From Candidatus Woesearchaeota archaeon (GTDB lineage: Archaea > Nanobdellota > Nanobdellia > Woesearchaeales > UBA12501), in NCBI GenBank assembly GCA_046484055.1, contig JAWOBY010000048.1:4596-68595 (forward strand): a DNA stretch of 64,000 bases, read 5' to 3'. Each line of letters starts with the position of its first letter. Within the stretch, counting starts at the first letter, position 1. Below, one piece after another: positions 1 through 8,827 of the stretch. The translations under genes and the position numbers were made by a program. A model generated the notes under the pieces. That model had not been told where the DNA came from. It made no database searches and saw only the letters and a program-made list of their open reading frames with translations.

Positions 1-77
1 CACCACGGTTTTTGCCATGTTATTTATTTTCAATATAGCAAGATATATAAAGGTGCTCTGCATACCCCCTATTGAAG

Positions 78-458
78 ATGGCCAAAACAGGAAGGGGGAG
101 GCCTGTCAGATCGCAGATAAGGCAGAACATCATTGAGATTCTTTACTTCCTCGGCTCTGCATCAGGCTATGACATCTATAAGTTATACAAGGCAATATTC
201 CCTAAAGTCACGCTACGCTCCATCTATTACAATCTGAGGAAAGGTACTGATATCGGGGAGTTCAGGGTTGAGAAGACAGAAACAGTTAGGGGGGAGTACA
301 GCTGGGGGCCTGAGGCCGAGAAGACATACTACAAGCTGGGCCCTGAAGCTAACCCCCGGATCGACAGAAGGGTGAAGGAGTACATTGAAAGGCTCAAGAA
401 AGAACAAGAGCCCAAAGAGAAAGAAGACGCTGATAAGAAATCAGAAGCAGAACAATAA
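78..458 (+). CDS. PadR-like winged-helix transcriptional regulator with K/E-rich tail
   Basis: ORF 72-458 has an in-frame ATG at 78. A TATA-like atatataaagg lies about 25-30 nt upstream, suggesting a leaderless start. The segment IRQNIIEILYFLGSASGYDIYKLYK...RSIYYNLRKG looks like a PadR/wHTH helix-wing. Confidence 0.6.
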   Translation: MAKTGRGRPVRSQIRQNIIEILYFLGSASGYDIYKLYKAIFPKVTLRSIYYNLRKGTDIGEFRVEKTETVRGEYSWGPEAEKTYYKLGPEANPRIDRRVKEYIERLKKEQEPKEKEDADKKSEAEQ

Positions 459-526
459 ATTTTTTAAACACTACAGTTTTCATATACCCAGGCTTACATG
501 TTTTTGATAAAAAAAGAGGTGCATTG

Positions 527-1033
527 ATGGTTGACCAGAAGACCCTTGATTATGTTAAGAAGGCAGTGAAGAAAGGGTTCTCCCCTGACGATATCTCTAA
601 AGTTCTTGAGAAGCATGGCCACAGCAGGAGGGACATTGACGAAGCCTTATGGGTGGCCAGAAAAGAGGCCGGCGGTGAGAAGTCCGGCAAGGGAACAGGC
701 GGAAAGACGGGCACCTCAGTGAAGGAAAGCGGGAAAGCGGTCAAAAAAGTAAAGAAAGGGGATAAAAAAGGCAAGAAGCTTGAGAAGCCGGAGCATCCCG
801 GAAGTGCGCCCCCTCCCGAAATGCCTGAGCACATAAAGCCGAAGAAGGAAGGCCTGATAAAAGAGGTTGAGGAGAAGGCAGAGGAGAAGATTCATGAAGA
901 GATGTCCTCAGCGAAGAAGCACAAGCATTTCCTCTGGGTCATTCTTGAGATAATACTGGGAGTGATACTCTTCGCTGTCGTAGGGATACTGATGTATATG
1001 TACATGTGGCCCGCGCTGCTGAATGTGAGATAA
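527..1033 (+). CDS. hypothetical K/G/E-rich protein with C-terminal transmembrane anchor
   Basis: SD GAGGTG sits 7 nt before the ATG at 527. There is a long low-complexity Lys/Gly/Glu region, then a hydrophobic tail FLWVILEIILGVILFAVVGILMYMYMW. Confidence 0.55.
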   Translation: MVDQKTLDYVKKAVKKGFSPDDISKVLEKHGHSRRDIDEALWVARKEAGGEKSGKGTGGKTGTSVKESGKAVKKVKKGDKKGKKLEKPEHPGSAPPPEMPEHIKPKKEGLIKEVEEKAEEKIHEEMSSAKKHKHFLWVILEIILGVILFAVVGILMYMYMWPALLNVR

Positions 1034-1043
1034 GAGATCACAG

Positions 1044-1370
1044 TTAGTGGGTGGCTTCAACCTTTCTCTTCAATGCTTTCCTTGTTTCCTGGGCAAGCAG
1101 CGTATCATATACCTCTATCAGTTTTTTTACAGCAGCATTCTCAGTATTCAGTCTGAAAAGCTTTGCTTTCCCTATGTTCCTTGTGTGTTTCACTATCCCA
1201 ATCCTTACAAGGTTATCCCATATCCTGTGCAGTGTCGTCCAGCCGATGCCTGCGTTTTCCGCGATATCTGTCAGGCTGTAGTCAAGGCCTCTCCCCTCTA
1301 TGAGAAAGTCAAGCACCCTGATAACAGGGGAGTTGCCAAAGGCCTGCCTGAATATTGTTGTTTCTTGCAT
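1044..1370 (-). CDS. winged-helix (MarR/TrmB-like) transcriptional regulator
   Basis: 108-aa ORF. VIRVLDFLIEGRGLDYSLTDIAENAGIGWTTLHRIWDNLVRIGIVK is a typical archaeal wHTH. It is divergent from a promoter region carrying a perfect palindrome. Confidence 0.65.
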   Translation of the reverse strand: MQETTIFRQAFGNSPVIRVLDFLIEGRGLDYSLTDIAENAGIGWTTLHRIWDNLVRIGIVKHTRNIGKAKLFRLNTENAAVKKLIEVYDTLLAQETRKALKRKVEATH

Positions 1371-1408
1371 ACAGGCGGTTAAGCATGACTGATATTTAAA
1401 ACTTTCTA

Positions 1409-1432
1409 TTTTGGTATATTAATATACCAAAA
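1409..1432. promoter_or_regulatory. 24-bp perfect palindrome (candidate operator) in divergent promoter region
   Basis: TTTTGGTATATT|AATATACCAAAA was read directly. It lies between the wHTH gene (1044-1370, minus strand) and the ORF at 1473/1572 (plus strand). Confidence 0.6.
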
Positions 1433-1571
1433 TAATAGTTAGCATGGGTATCTGGAGAGTGTGCAATAGAGTATGCAAAATGCCGGAAACCTTCCGGGAA
1501 CGCCTCAGAAAGACTTATTAAGGCTTTTAATCTTCATATTTTCCGTGCAAAAAAGGGTGATCCAGGAAAAG

Positions 1572-1808
1572 ATGTTAAGAAAGCTTATGGCAATGAAGCC
1601 TCCAAAGTGGGGTGATTCTCACACCGAGGAAAAGAACCTGACAAAGGGCCTCCCTTCACACCTAGCCGGTTCAAAGACCACAAAAAAGGCAATAAAGGAA
1701 TTGTATCAACTAGGTTTTCTGCTCTCAAAGAAATCAACAGGGGAGACTCATGTTTCACTCAATCCAAGAATGATGAAAGAGATTTTTAGATTTTTGGGGC
1801 TTGAGTAA
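1572..1808 (+). CDS. small hypothetical protein (possible wHTH); start uncertain
   Basis: ORF 1473-1808. The internal ATG at 1572 is preceded by GGTGAT. The C-terminal segment KKAIKELYQLGFLLSKKSTGETHVSLNP is wing-like. I recognised no family. Confidence 0.35.
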   Translation: MLRKLMAMKPPKWGDSHTEEKNLTKGLPSHLAGSKTTKKAIKELYQLGFLLSKKSTGETHVSLNPRMMKEIFRFLGLE

Positions 1809-1891
1809 TATCACACCTGCATCCTAGCGGCGAGTTCCTGTTATCTTTCCTTTTTATGCTTCAATGTCTTGTGCTGTTGTTTTCAGTTTTC

Positions 1892-2839
1892 TCACTCCAG
1901 CATTCCTGCGAACCTTTCCGGAGATATCCTGCTTAGCATCCTGTATTGTTGCTGGGTGTTGGAGATGGCTTCTCTTATTTTTCTGATCTGGTCGGTGTGC
2001 TTTGCCTTCTGCATCTCATGCCATATCATCACGCTTATAAGCCTCACCTTGATGAAAGTGAGCATCGCTCTCTTCTCCTCGTCATTCAGTCTTATGATCT
2101 TCTGGTAATGCCTCATGAACAGCCTTATCCTGTCTCTCTTGATGCGCTTATAGCTCATGAACGTGTGCGCGAACAGGACCGCAAGGTCGTGGACAAGGAA
2201 GTCCCTGTGCACATCATCAAAGTCTATGAATGCCTTGAGCCTGTCCTTCTCAACGATAAAATTTATGTAGCCCAGATCGCCGTGTATTATGCTCTTCTTA
2301 AGCCTGCTGTACCTTATGCTTTTGAGCTCTCTCCTCAGCCCGCTGTATTCTCCTTCCACAAAACTGTTGCTGTGCTTTGAGCGCATGTGCGAAACTATCC
2401 TGTTGGCGGGCATCCAGTCCCCTCTGCCTTTGAATCTGAGCTTCCTGAGCTCCCTGTGCATCAGGCCTATATTCCTGGCCAGGCCCATAGTAAGGCCTTC
2501 AGTAAGCCTTTTAGTGTGCCTGCCTTTTATGAATGCATATAATGCGACAGGTTTGCCCTTTAGAGTAAGCAGATCCTTCCCGTTTCCGGAGAGCACGACT
2601 CTCGGAACCCTGATGCCTCTCTTGTGCAGGTATTCCTCAATCTTGAGCATGAATGCCGCGCATCTCATGTTTGAGTTTTCAAATACCTTCACTATGAACT
2701 CTCCCTCTGTTGTCCTGAGCGCGTAATTCGTGTTGCCCAGCGCGTAAGGTATGTGTTTGTGGGACCTGTAACTTCCTATGCTGTAGAGCTGGAGGAGTTC
2801 CCTGAAATCCTTTGCCGAGAATCTTGTCAGGATTGTCAT
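1892..2839 (-). CDS. phosphotransferase-family protein (aminoglycoside/homoserine/choline kinase-like fold)
   Basis: IIHGDLGYINFIV (HGD-x4-N catalytic loop) followed by FIDFDD, which is an APH-type kinase signature. Confidence 0.7.
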   Translation of the reverse strand: MTILTRFSAKDFRELLQLYSIGSYRSHKHIPYALGNTNYALRTTEGEFIVKVFENSNMRCAAFMLKIEEYLHKRGIRVPRVVLSGNGKDLLTLKGKPVALYAFIKGRHTKRLTEGLTMGLARNIGLMHRELRKLRFKGRGDWMPANRIVSHMRSKHSNSFVEGEYSGLRRELKSIRYSRLKKSIIHGDLGYINFIVEKDRLKAFIDFDDVHRDFLVHDLAVLFAHTFMSYKRIKRDRIRLFMRHYQKIIRLNDEEKRAMLTFIKVRLISVMIWHEMQKAKHTDQIRKIREAISNTQQQYRMLSRISPERFAGMLE

Positions 2840-3600
2840 CTATTTCCCCTCTGTCCTGTTCCCACTTTGTCTTTTCCCCCCTTGATCTTCTTCAGGAAAC
2901 CCATGAGCGCGTAGGCCTCTCTTCTTGTCATCATGCTCTTGCCTATCAGCCTTTTCCACAGTTTCTTCTGGGTGTCTCTTTTCTCTTCTGTGGCGAAGTC
3001 CATGCGCTCGAGCACATCATCAAGTATCCTTTCTATCTGTCTCTTCTCCTTCACGCCTATAGGAGCGATACCTTCTGTTATCTTTCCCTTTCCGCTTCCT
3101 GTTCTTGAGTGAATGATGTACATCACCACAGCCGCGGCATGGCTCAGGTTCATCGCGGGATACTTCCTTGTTGTGGGTATTGCTGTTGTGAAATCGCACC
3201 TGCTGAGATCATCATTCGTCAGGCCGTATGATTCATTGCCGAACAATACTGCAATCCTTAATCTTCCTTTGGTCTGTTTTATGCTTCCTATCCATCCGGC
3301 GAGCTCCTCGGGACTGAGGGGGCATCTCGGGAGGTTGTAGTCAGTCCCTAATTTTGAGATCGTGCCGATGACATAATCATGCCTTTCAGCTATACTGCTA
3401 AGACTCTCCACTTCAGCATTTTTGAGAATGTCCTTGGCGTGCGATGCCCGGTCCATGGACTCCTTTGAAAGGTGGTCGCATTCCGGATTTGAGAGTATCA
3501 GGCGGCTGAATCCGAAGTTCTTCATGACCCTTGCCACAGCGCCTATGTTGCCGGGGGTTACCGGCTTGACGAGTACTATCGATATCATGCGCGGAATCAC
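2836..3600 (-). CDS. SpoU-class RNA 2'-O-methyltransferase (TrmJ-like)
   Basis: VLVKPVTPGNIGAVARVMKNFGF ... LFGNESYGL ... IPT..KYPAMNLSHAAAVVMY are SPOUT motifs. The gene overlaps the downstream gene by 4 nt. Confidence 0.8.
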   Translation of the reverse strand: MIPRMISIVLVKPVTPGNIGAVARVMKNFGFSRLILSNPECDHLSKESMDRASHAKDILKNAEVESLSSIAERHDYVIGTISKLGTDYNLPRCPLSPEELAGWIGSIKQTKGRLRIAVLFGNESYGLTNDDLSRCDFTTAIPTTRKYPAMNLSHAAAVVMYIIHSRTGSGKGKITEGIAPIGVKEKRQIERILDDVLERMDFATEEKRDTQKKLWKRLIGKSMMTRREAYALMGFLKKIKGGKDKVGTGQRGNR

Positions 3601-3609
3601 ATGGCCTGC

Positions 3610-4770
3610 CTATATAAAATTTGCCAATTTCCTTATGGCCTTCATCTCATCCTTTTCCCCTATCCTGGCCTGCCGTATTGCATCCCTAAGCATGTCAGTG
3701 CTCCGGTCCATGAGCTCCCTGTCGACAGGGTAGGGCACTGAGTCCTTTCCTCCGTGAGCGAAGCTGAATTTTGCGGGATCCTTCCAGCTCGCCTTCTTCC
3801 CATGGACTATGTCTGATATGAGTGCCAGGCTTCTTATCGCCTTCGGGCCCATGCCTTTTACTGCGGAAAGCCCCTCATAATTCTTCGGCTGGAGCTCGTA
3901 CGCCCTCTCCAGAGTCCTCATGTTTATCTGGTGCATGTCCTTTATGTAATGGCTTCTCTGCATGCTGAATCTTTTTAACCCGCCATCACTGCTGAAATCA
4001 GCGAGTGTCTTCTGCTTCATGTCCCTGAAAAAGCGCCTGAACTCCCCGTCATTCACGACATCGACTGATATCCTGCGCGCATCCCCGCTCTCTCTTGATG
4101 TCATGTCAAGAGTTTCGTTTTCCTGCTTGTCCGCGCATATCGCGCTGTGCGGCTCTTCGACAAAACTCTTCACATTATTTGAGAGCCAGTGGTATCTTCT
4201 GGCATAACTGTTCTCATGGCCCAGGCCCTGCTGCACCACAGACCATTTTCCCTTCTCTGTCAGGAAGAAGCAGTGATGGTAGAGCTGGTAGGAATCCTGC
4301 ACCAGGCTGTTGTCCACCTTCGCTGCCATCCGTGAGGAATAGACAAGCTTTTCAGACTTTGCTGTCGTGATGCCGAAAGATTCTGATGCGGATTCTATCT
4401 GCCCTGGCGCTTTCCTTGATGCAGCTCCTTTCCCCCCTGCTATGAACATCCCCACATCTGCCTTGTTTATGCCTTCTTTCAATGCGCCGCATAAAGTTGT
4501 CGTAAGACCTGAGCTGTGCCAGTCAAAACCGATGACACAGCCGAGGCTCTGGAAGAAATAAGGGTCTGAGATGCGCCGGAGGAATTCGTCATGGCCGTAC
4601 TCATCTATTATCGCCTCTGTTATCGCGCCGCCCATCCTCACCATTCTCTTGAACAGCCAGGGAGGTGCGTTTCCTGTATGAAGGGGTAGATTTGTCATTC
4701 CGGTCCTTTGCATACAGGTTATGCTGTGTGCCTGCCTTATATATCTTTTTGCGGCATGTCCAGTGTCCAA
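3610..4770 (-). CDS. DUF763 family protein
   Basis: LPLHTGNAPPWLFKRMVRMGGAITEAIIDEYGHDEFLRRISDPYFFQSLGCVIGFDWHSSGLTTT matches my recollection of the conserved DUF763 N-terminus. The true start is probably an internal ATG (4713 or 4698). Confidence 0.65.
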   Translation of the reverse strand: MDTGHAAKRYIRQAHSITCMQRTGMTNLPLHTGNAPPWLFKRMVRMGGAITEAIIDEYGHDEFLRRISDPYFFQSLGCVIGFDWHSSGLTTTLCGALKEGINKADVGMFIAGGKGAASRKAPGQIESASESFGITTAKSEKLVYSSRMAAKVDNSLVQDSYQLYHHCFFLTEKGKWSVVQQGLGHENSYARRYHWLSNNVKSFVEEPHSAICADKQENETLDMTSRESGDARRISVDVVNDGEFRRFFRDMKQKTLADFSSDGGLKRFSMQRSHYIKDMHQINMRTLERAYELQPKNYEGLSAVKGMGPKAIRSLALISDIVHGKKASWKDPAKFSFAHGGKDSVPYPVDRELMDRSTDMLRDAIRQARIGEKDEMKAIRKLANFI

Positions 4771-4872
4771 TGGTATTGGCCATTCCTGTTGTGCTTTCCT
4801 GAAAGGGTTATTTTATGCCTTAATTCGTTGCATTATAGGTTTTCCCATACCAAAATCGAAACATTTAAATAG

Positions 4873-4896
4873 TATTATGAATATATATTCATAATA
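4873..4896. promoter_or_regulatory. 24-bp perfect palindrome flanked by 10-nt direct repeats, upstream of the DUF5320 cluster
   Basis: TATTATGAATAT|ATATTCATAATA spans 4873-4896. AAATAGTATT occurs at 4867-4876 and again at 4901-4910. The site is about 50 nt upstream of the ATG at 4946. Confidence 0.55.
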
Positions 4897-4945
4897 GGAA
4901 AAATAGTATTTGATTCAAACAACAACACTTTGGAGGTGGATGAAA

Positions 4946-5332
4946 ATGCCAGCAGGCGATAGAACAGGACCTATAGGGGCAGGACCAAGAACAGGAAGAG
5001 GGATGGGCTTTTGCAGCGGCTTTGACAGGCCGGGATCCATGAGCCCAGGACCCGGCAGAGGAGCAGGATTTGGCAGGGGCCCTGGACGCGGCTTCGGAGG
5101 AGGATTCGGACGCGGATGGAGGGGCTTTGGCCGCGGTTTCAGATGTGGATTCCGGCAGCCGGCCGAGCCTTATTATCCGGAGCCTGCCTATCAGGAGCCA
5201 GCCAAAGAGCAGGAGAAGCAGATGCTTGAGCAGGACGCAAAGGATATCGAGGAAGAGGAAAAGGCTTTGAAGCAGGAGAAGGAAGAGATAGACAAGAGGC
5301 TCAAAGAGCTTGAGAAGAACAAGGGTGAATGA
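4946..5332 (+). CDS. DUF5320 family protein (G/R/F-rich N-terminus, coiled-coil C-terminus)
   Basis: SD GGAGGTG lies upstream. The N-terminus MPAGDRTGPIGAGPRTGRGMGFCSG matches the DUF5320 signature MPRGDGTGP..G.GP.TGRG.G.C.G. The C-terminus is E/K-rich. Confidence 0.75.
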   Translation: MPAGDRTGPIGAGPRTGRGMGFCSGFDRPGSMSPGPGRGAGFGRGPGRGFGGGFGRGWRGFGRGFRCGFRQPAEPYYPEPAYQEPAKEQEKQMLEQDAKDIEEEEKALKQEKEEIDKRLKELEKNKGE

Positions 5333-5347
5333 ATCCGGTAAGGGTGG

Positions 5348-5788
5348 ATGAAGTTGGATGCGCAGAGGATCAAGGGGTCAGCGGCGAAGGCATTGAGGCA
5401 GCTGTATATGGCGCTCCCCATACTTTTGGGAGTCATACTGCTTATAAGTATGGCGAACGCGCTCATACCCAAATCAGCCTATGCAGCCCTCTTCGGGGAG
5501 AGCGAGCTGCTCAACTCTTTCATAGGCGCAGGTATCGGAAGCGTTTTGGCAGGCAATCCAGTCACCAGCTATGTGATAGGGGGCGAATTCCTTGATCAGG
5601 GGATAAGCCTGATGGCAGTGACAGCTTTCCTTATCGCATGGGTGACTGTGGGTATTGTACAGCTTCCGGCCGAATCAATGCTGCTAGGAAAAAGGTTCGC
5701 TATCACAAGGAACATAGCATCTTTCATACTCTCGATCGTCACTGCAGCGCTGGTTGTGATAGTGATAGGGCTGGGTGGTCTCTTATGA
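5348..5788 (+). CDS. permease, first half of a two-component membrane permease
   Basis: Four predicted hydrophobic helices. The stop overlaps the next start (ATGA at 5785-5788). Confidence 0.6.
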   Translation: MKLDAQRIKGSAAKALRQLYMALPILLGVILLISMANALIPKSAYAALFGESELLNSFIGAGIGSVLAGNPVTSYVIGGEFLDQGISLMAVTAFLIAWVTVGIVQLPAESMLLGKRFAITRNIASFILSIVTAALVVIVIGLGGLL

Positions 5789-6450
5789 TATTCTTGATGG
5801 CTTCAGGGAAAAAAGAAAGTAAGGCAGCAAAGAAAAGCCGTAAGAATGGCCATGGGCCCAAACACAAGGGGGCAGGAGAGGATAAAGGAATGGAAACAGG
5901 AAAAAAGGCATCTGGAAAAGCGGGCAGGAAAGGCGGATTCCGCAGGGGATGGTACTTCCTTGCAGCCTGCATTATCATCTACGCCGCTGTCGTGCTCATG
6001 AAGCCGGAGGCAGGGATGCGGGCACTGAGATTCTTCTCCGATATAATACTGAAGATTCTGCCGGTATTCATACTCATATTCGCCCTGCTCACTCTAATAA
6101 ACTATTTCGTTGAGCCAAAGAAGCTCCTCAAATACTTCGGCAAGGAAAGCGGCTTGAAGGGCTATCTCCTGTCACTCACCGCTGGGATCATATCCACAGG
6201 CCCGATATTCATGTGGTACCCCCTCCTTAACGAGATGCAGGGCCACGGAGTGAGCAACGGTTTCCTTGCGACATTCCTTTACGGCAGGTCGATAAAGCCC
6301 GCGCTGCTTCCATTATTGATATTCTATTTCGGGCTTGCATACACGATAATATTGTGCATGGCGCTGGCATTCGCAGCCATAATACAGGGGATAATCATAA
6401 AGTTCATTGATGAAAAAAATTATGGGTTAAATCGGAGGTGGCATACATGA
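5785..6450 (+). CDS. permease, second half of a two-component membrane permease (K/G-rich N-terminal tail)
   Basis: In-frame ATG at 5785 within ORF 5638-6450, coupled to the upstream stop. It is a multi-pass membrane protein (ILKILPVFILIFALLTLINYF ... GIISTGPIFMWYPLL). Confidence 0.65.
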   Translation: MIFLMASGKKESKAAKKSRKNGHGPKHKGAGEDKGMETGKKASGKAGRKGGFRRGWYFLAACIIIYAAVVLMKPEAGMRALRFFSDIILKILPVFILIFALLTLINYFVEPKKLLKYFGKESGLKGYLLSLTAGIISTGPIFMWYPLLNEMQGHGVSNGFLATFLYGRSIKPALLPLLIFYFGLAYTIILCMALAFAAIIQGIIIKFIDEKNYGLNRRWHT

Positions 6451-6767
6451 GGATTGCAGTAGCAGCGGACAGCGAGAGCGAGGAGTCAAGAGTCAGCGGT
6501 GTGGGAGGAAGAGCGCCTTACTACCTCATATTCGAGGACAAAAAGCTCGTCAAGGCAATGGAGAATCCCCACACGACAGGAGGAGGGGCAGGTGTCAGGA
6601 CCGCAGAGATGCTAAAGGGTGAAGGGGTGGCTCTGGTCATCAGCGGAGAGATAGGGCCCAACATGCAGGCTTCGCTTGACAAGGAAGGGATAAAGACAAG
6701 AAAGATTGAAAATGTTGAAGGGAAGACAGTAAAACAGGCGGTGGAAGAGGCAACAGGGGCTGATTGA
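6447..6767 (+). CDS. NifX/NifB-like dinitrogenase FeMo-cofactor biosynthesis domain protein
   Basis: SD GGAGGTG sits 6 nt before the ATG at 6447. MRIAVAA...VSGVGGRAPYYLIFED...GVALVISGEIGPNMQASLDKEGIK is the typical domain pattern. Confidence 0.8.
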   Translation: MRIAVAADSESEESRVSGVGGRAPYYLIFEDKKLVKAMENPHTTGGGAGVRTAEMLKGEGVALVISGEIGPNMQASLDKEGIKTRKIENVEGKTVKQAVEEATGAD

Positions 6768-6853
6768 ACAGCATTCCAACTGCCTTGCAGACCACAAGGA
6801 TGGATATCACAGGGATGAATACCGCATGGATTAATCATTGAGGAGGTAAATCA

Positions 6854-7351
6854 ATGCCGAGACCGCGCATGATGAGAAGAGTTGGATTCAGGCCTGATGT
6901 GACACACTTCAAGCCCGCAGGGGTGAGACTTGCAGCGCTGAGCGAGGTGACCCTGGCATTTGATGAGTTTGAGGCCGTAAGGCTCAAGGATCATGAGCAG
7001 ACAAGCCAGACAGATGCTGCGAAGAAGATGAATGTTTCACAGCCCACATTCCAGCGCATAATATCATCAGCAAGAAAAAAGATCGCGGAAGCGCTGGTCA
7101 ATGGGAAAGCGATAAGGATTGAAGGAGGCAATTTCAGGATGGTCACGCCCGAAAGAAGGAGAATGGCGCGAAGAGGCGGAAGCCCTGTCCTAGGCGCAGG
7201 CAGAGGAGCCGGAAGGAAAGGGGGTAATGCTCTCGGGCCTGAGGGGATATGCGTATGCCCTGAATGCGGCCATAAGGCAACCCATCAGAGGGGGACTCCC
7301 TGTTCCAGGCGGAAATGCCCTGCATGCGGCGGAACGATGACAAGAGGATGA
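6854..7351 (+). CDS. DUF134 (UPF0251) putative DNA-binding protein with C-terminal Cys4 zinc ribbon
   Basis: [33 protein letters not shown]...[37 protein letters not shown] is the DUF134 core. The C-terminal ribbon is CPECGHK...CPACGG. Confidence 0.8.
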   Translation: MPRPRMMRRVGFRPDVTHFKPAGVRLAALSEVTLAFDEFEAVRLKDHEQTSQTDAAKKMNVSQPTFQRIISSARKKIAEALVNGKAIRIEGGNFRMVTPERRRMARRGGSPVLGAGRGAGRKGGNALGPEGICVCPECGHKATHQRGTPCSRRKCPACGGTMTRG

Positions 7352-7476
7352 TGAGAGGAATCTTGCTCCATCCATTAAAACTTGCCAAAGATTTGTAAAG
7401 ATTTGCATTAAATTTTGCAATGCCCATGCAAAAACTATAAAAATCAAGGCTTAAGATGTGGATTTGAGGCATTAAA

Positions 7477-7866
7477 ATGAGGGTGAAACTCACTGAAAAG
7501 CTTAATATTGACGCCAAGAGCGCTGTCATAATCATAATAGCGCTGGGCCTGATAGTGTATTTCGGCTTCTTCTACAACAATGATGGCAGCCAGGGAAGCC
7601 CGATCAATGAAGATGTTGTGCAGTGCATAGCCTCAAACTCAGAGATATACATATCCACAGGCTGCGTCGCATGCCAGGCCCAGGAGGAGATGTTCGGGAA
7701 TCATTTTGAGAGCCTTGACATAATCGATTGCGTCCAGCAGGGCGATAAGTGCAGCGAGGCCAACATCAGTGCGGTCCCCACATGGGTAATCAACGGCGAG
7801 AGATATAGGGGCGTCCAGCCGATAGAAAAATTAATAAACCTCACCGGATGTTCAGGAGAGAAATAA
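7477..7866 (+). CDS. membrane-anchored thioredoxin-fold protein (CxxC)
   Basis: N-terminal TM helix (AVIIIIALGLIVYFGFF). CVAC redox motif. Thioredoxin-like C-terminus (VPTWVINGERYRG). Confidence 0.6.
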   Translation: MRVKLTEKLNIDAKSAVIIIIALGLIVYFGFFYNNDGSQGSPINEDVVQCIASNSEIYISTGCVACQAQEEMFGNHFESLDIIDCVQQGDKCSEANISAVPTWVINGERYRGVQPIEKLINLTGCSGEK

Positions 7867-8007
7867 AATAAGTAAAGACGATTAAAGAAGGACAATAAAG
7901 TTAAAGAAAGACAATAAATGCATATATCAACCTTGTAAGATTGGCCGATTATAAGGATGGTCACAATATGAGGGTTATCATAAAGACAGCACCAAAAGAG
8001 GTATAAA

Positions 8008-8712
8008 ATGGTTTCAGAGCTGACCATCGGCAAGATAACAGCATTGGCGGCCGCAGACGCTGTCAATCCCTGCGCCATTGCTGTGCTGACTCTTGTTCTC
8101 ATAGCTGTCCTGACAGCGCAGCCCAAGAAAAGGAGCAGGGTGCTGCTCACAGGCCTGTCATTCACACTTTCAGTCTATATCCTTTATCTCCTGTATGGGC
8201 TTGTGTTCATACAGATATTCAAGACATTTGTTGAGGGGATCTCATCCATAAGGATTTACCTGTATAACATACTCGCCGCCCTTGCTATACTTCTCGGAGC
8301 GCTGAACATAAGGGATTTCATAAACTACAAGCCGGGCGGCGCCGGCACTGAGATGCCTTTGTTCATGAGGCCTAAGATGAAGAAGGTGGTTTCAAGGATA
8401 ACATCTCCCGGAGGAGCTTTTGTCCTGGGCGCTTTCGTCACTGTGTTCCTTCTTCCATGCACTGTTGGGCCTTACATAATCGCTTCGGGCATACTCTCAT
8501 ATCTTGGGTTCCTCAAGGTGCTTCCCTGGCTCTTCTATTACAACCTGATCTTTGTCCTGCCCATGATAGCCATAACAATAATCGTCTATATCGGCTACAC
8601 GACAGTGGAGAGGGTCAGCAGCTGGAAGGACAAGAACATAAGATACCTCCACCTCATAGCAGGAATCATACTCGTGCTGCTGGGTGTTGCCATGCTCGCA
8701 GGATGGCTCTGA
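8008..8712 (+). CDS. ccdA: CcdA/DsbD-family thiol:disulfide transmembrane electron transporter
   Basis: SD AGAGGT. AAADAVNPCAIAVLTLVL and FLLPCTVGPY are conserved Cys-containing TM motifs. About six TM helices. Confidence 0.75.
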   Translation: MVSELTIGKITALAAADAVNPCAIAVLTLVLIAVLTAQPKKRSRVLLTGLSFTLSVYILYLLYGLVFIQIFKTFVEGISSIRIYLYNILAALAILLGALNIRDFINYKPGGAGTEMPLFMRPKMKKVVSRITSPGGAFVLGAFVTVFLLPCTVGPYIIASGILSYLGFLKVLPWLFYYNLIFVLPMIAITIIVYIGYTTVERVSSWKDKNIRYLHLIAGIILVLLGVAMLAGWL

Positions 8713-8827
8713 TTCTTTTCTTGTTAGATTATTGTGTGATCAGAATATCCTACAACCAGAACACTGGGCGAGAACTTATATGCTTATTCATGCGGTTATG
8801 ATGGTTTGTGCGGTCATGATAGATCAA

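Noticed and set aside
5638-5784. N-terminal 49 codons of ORF 5638-6450
   Set aside because: They lie entirely inside the upstream permease gene in another frame. The ATG at 5785, coupled to the upstream stop (ATGA), gives a sensible protein.
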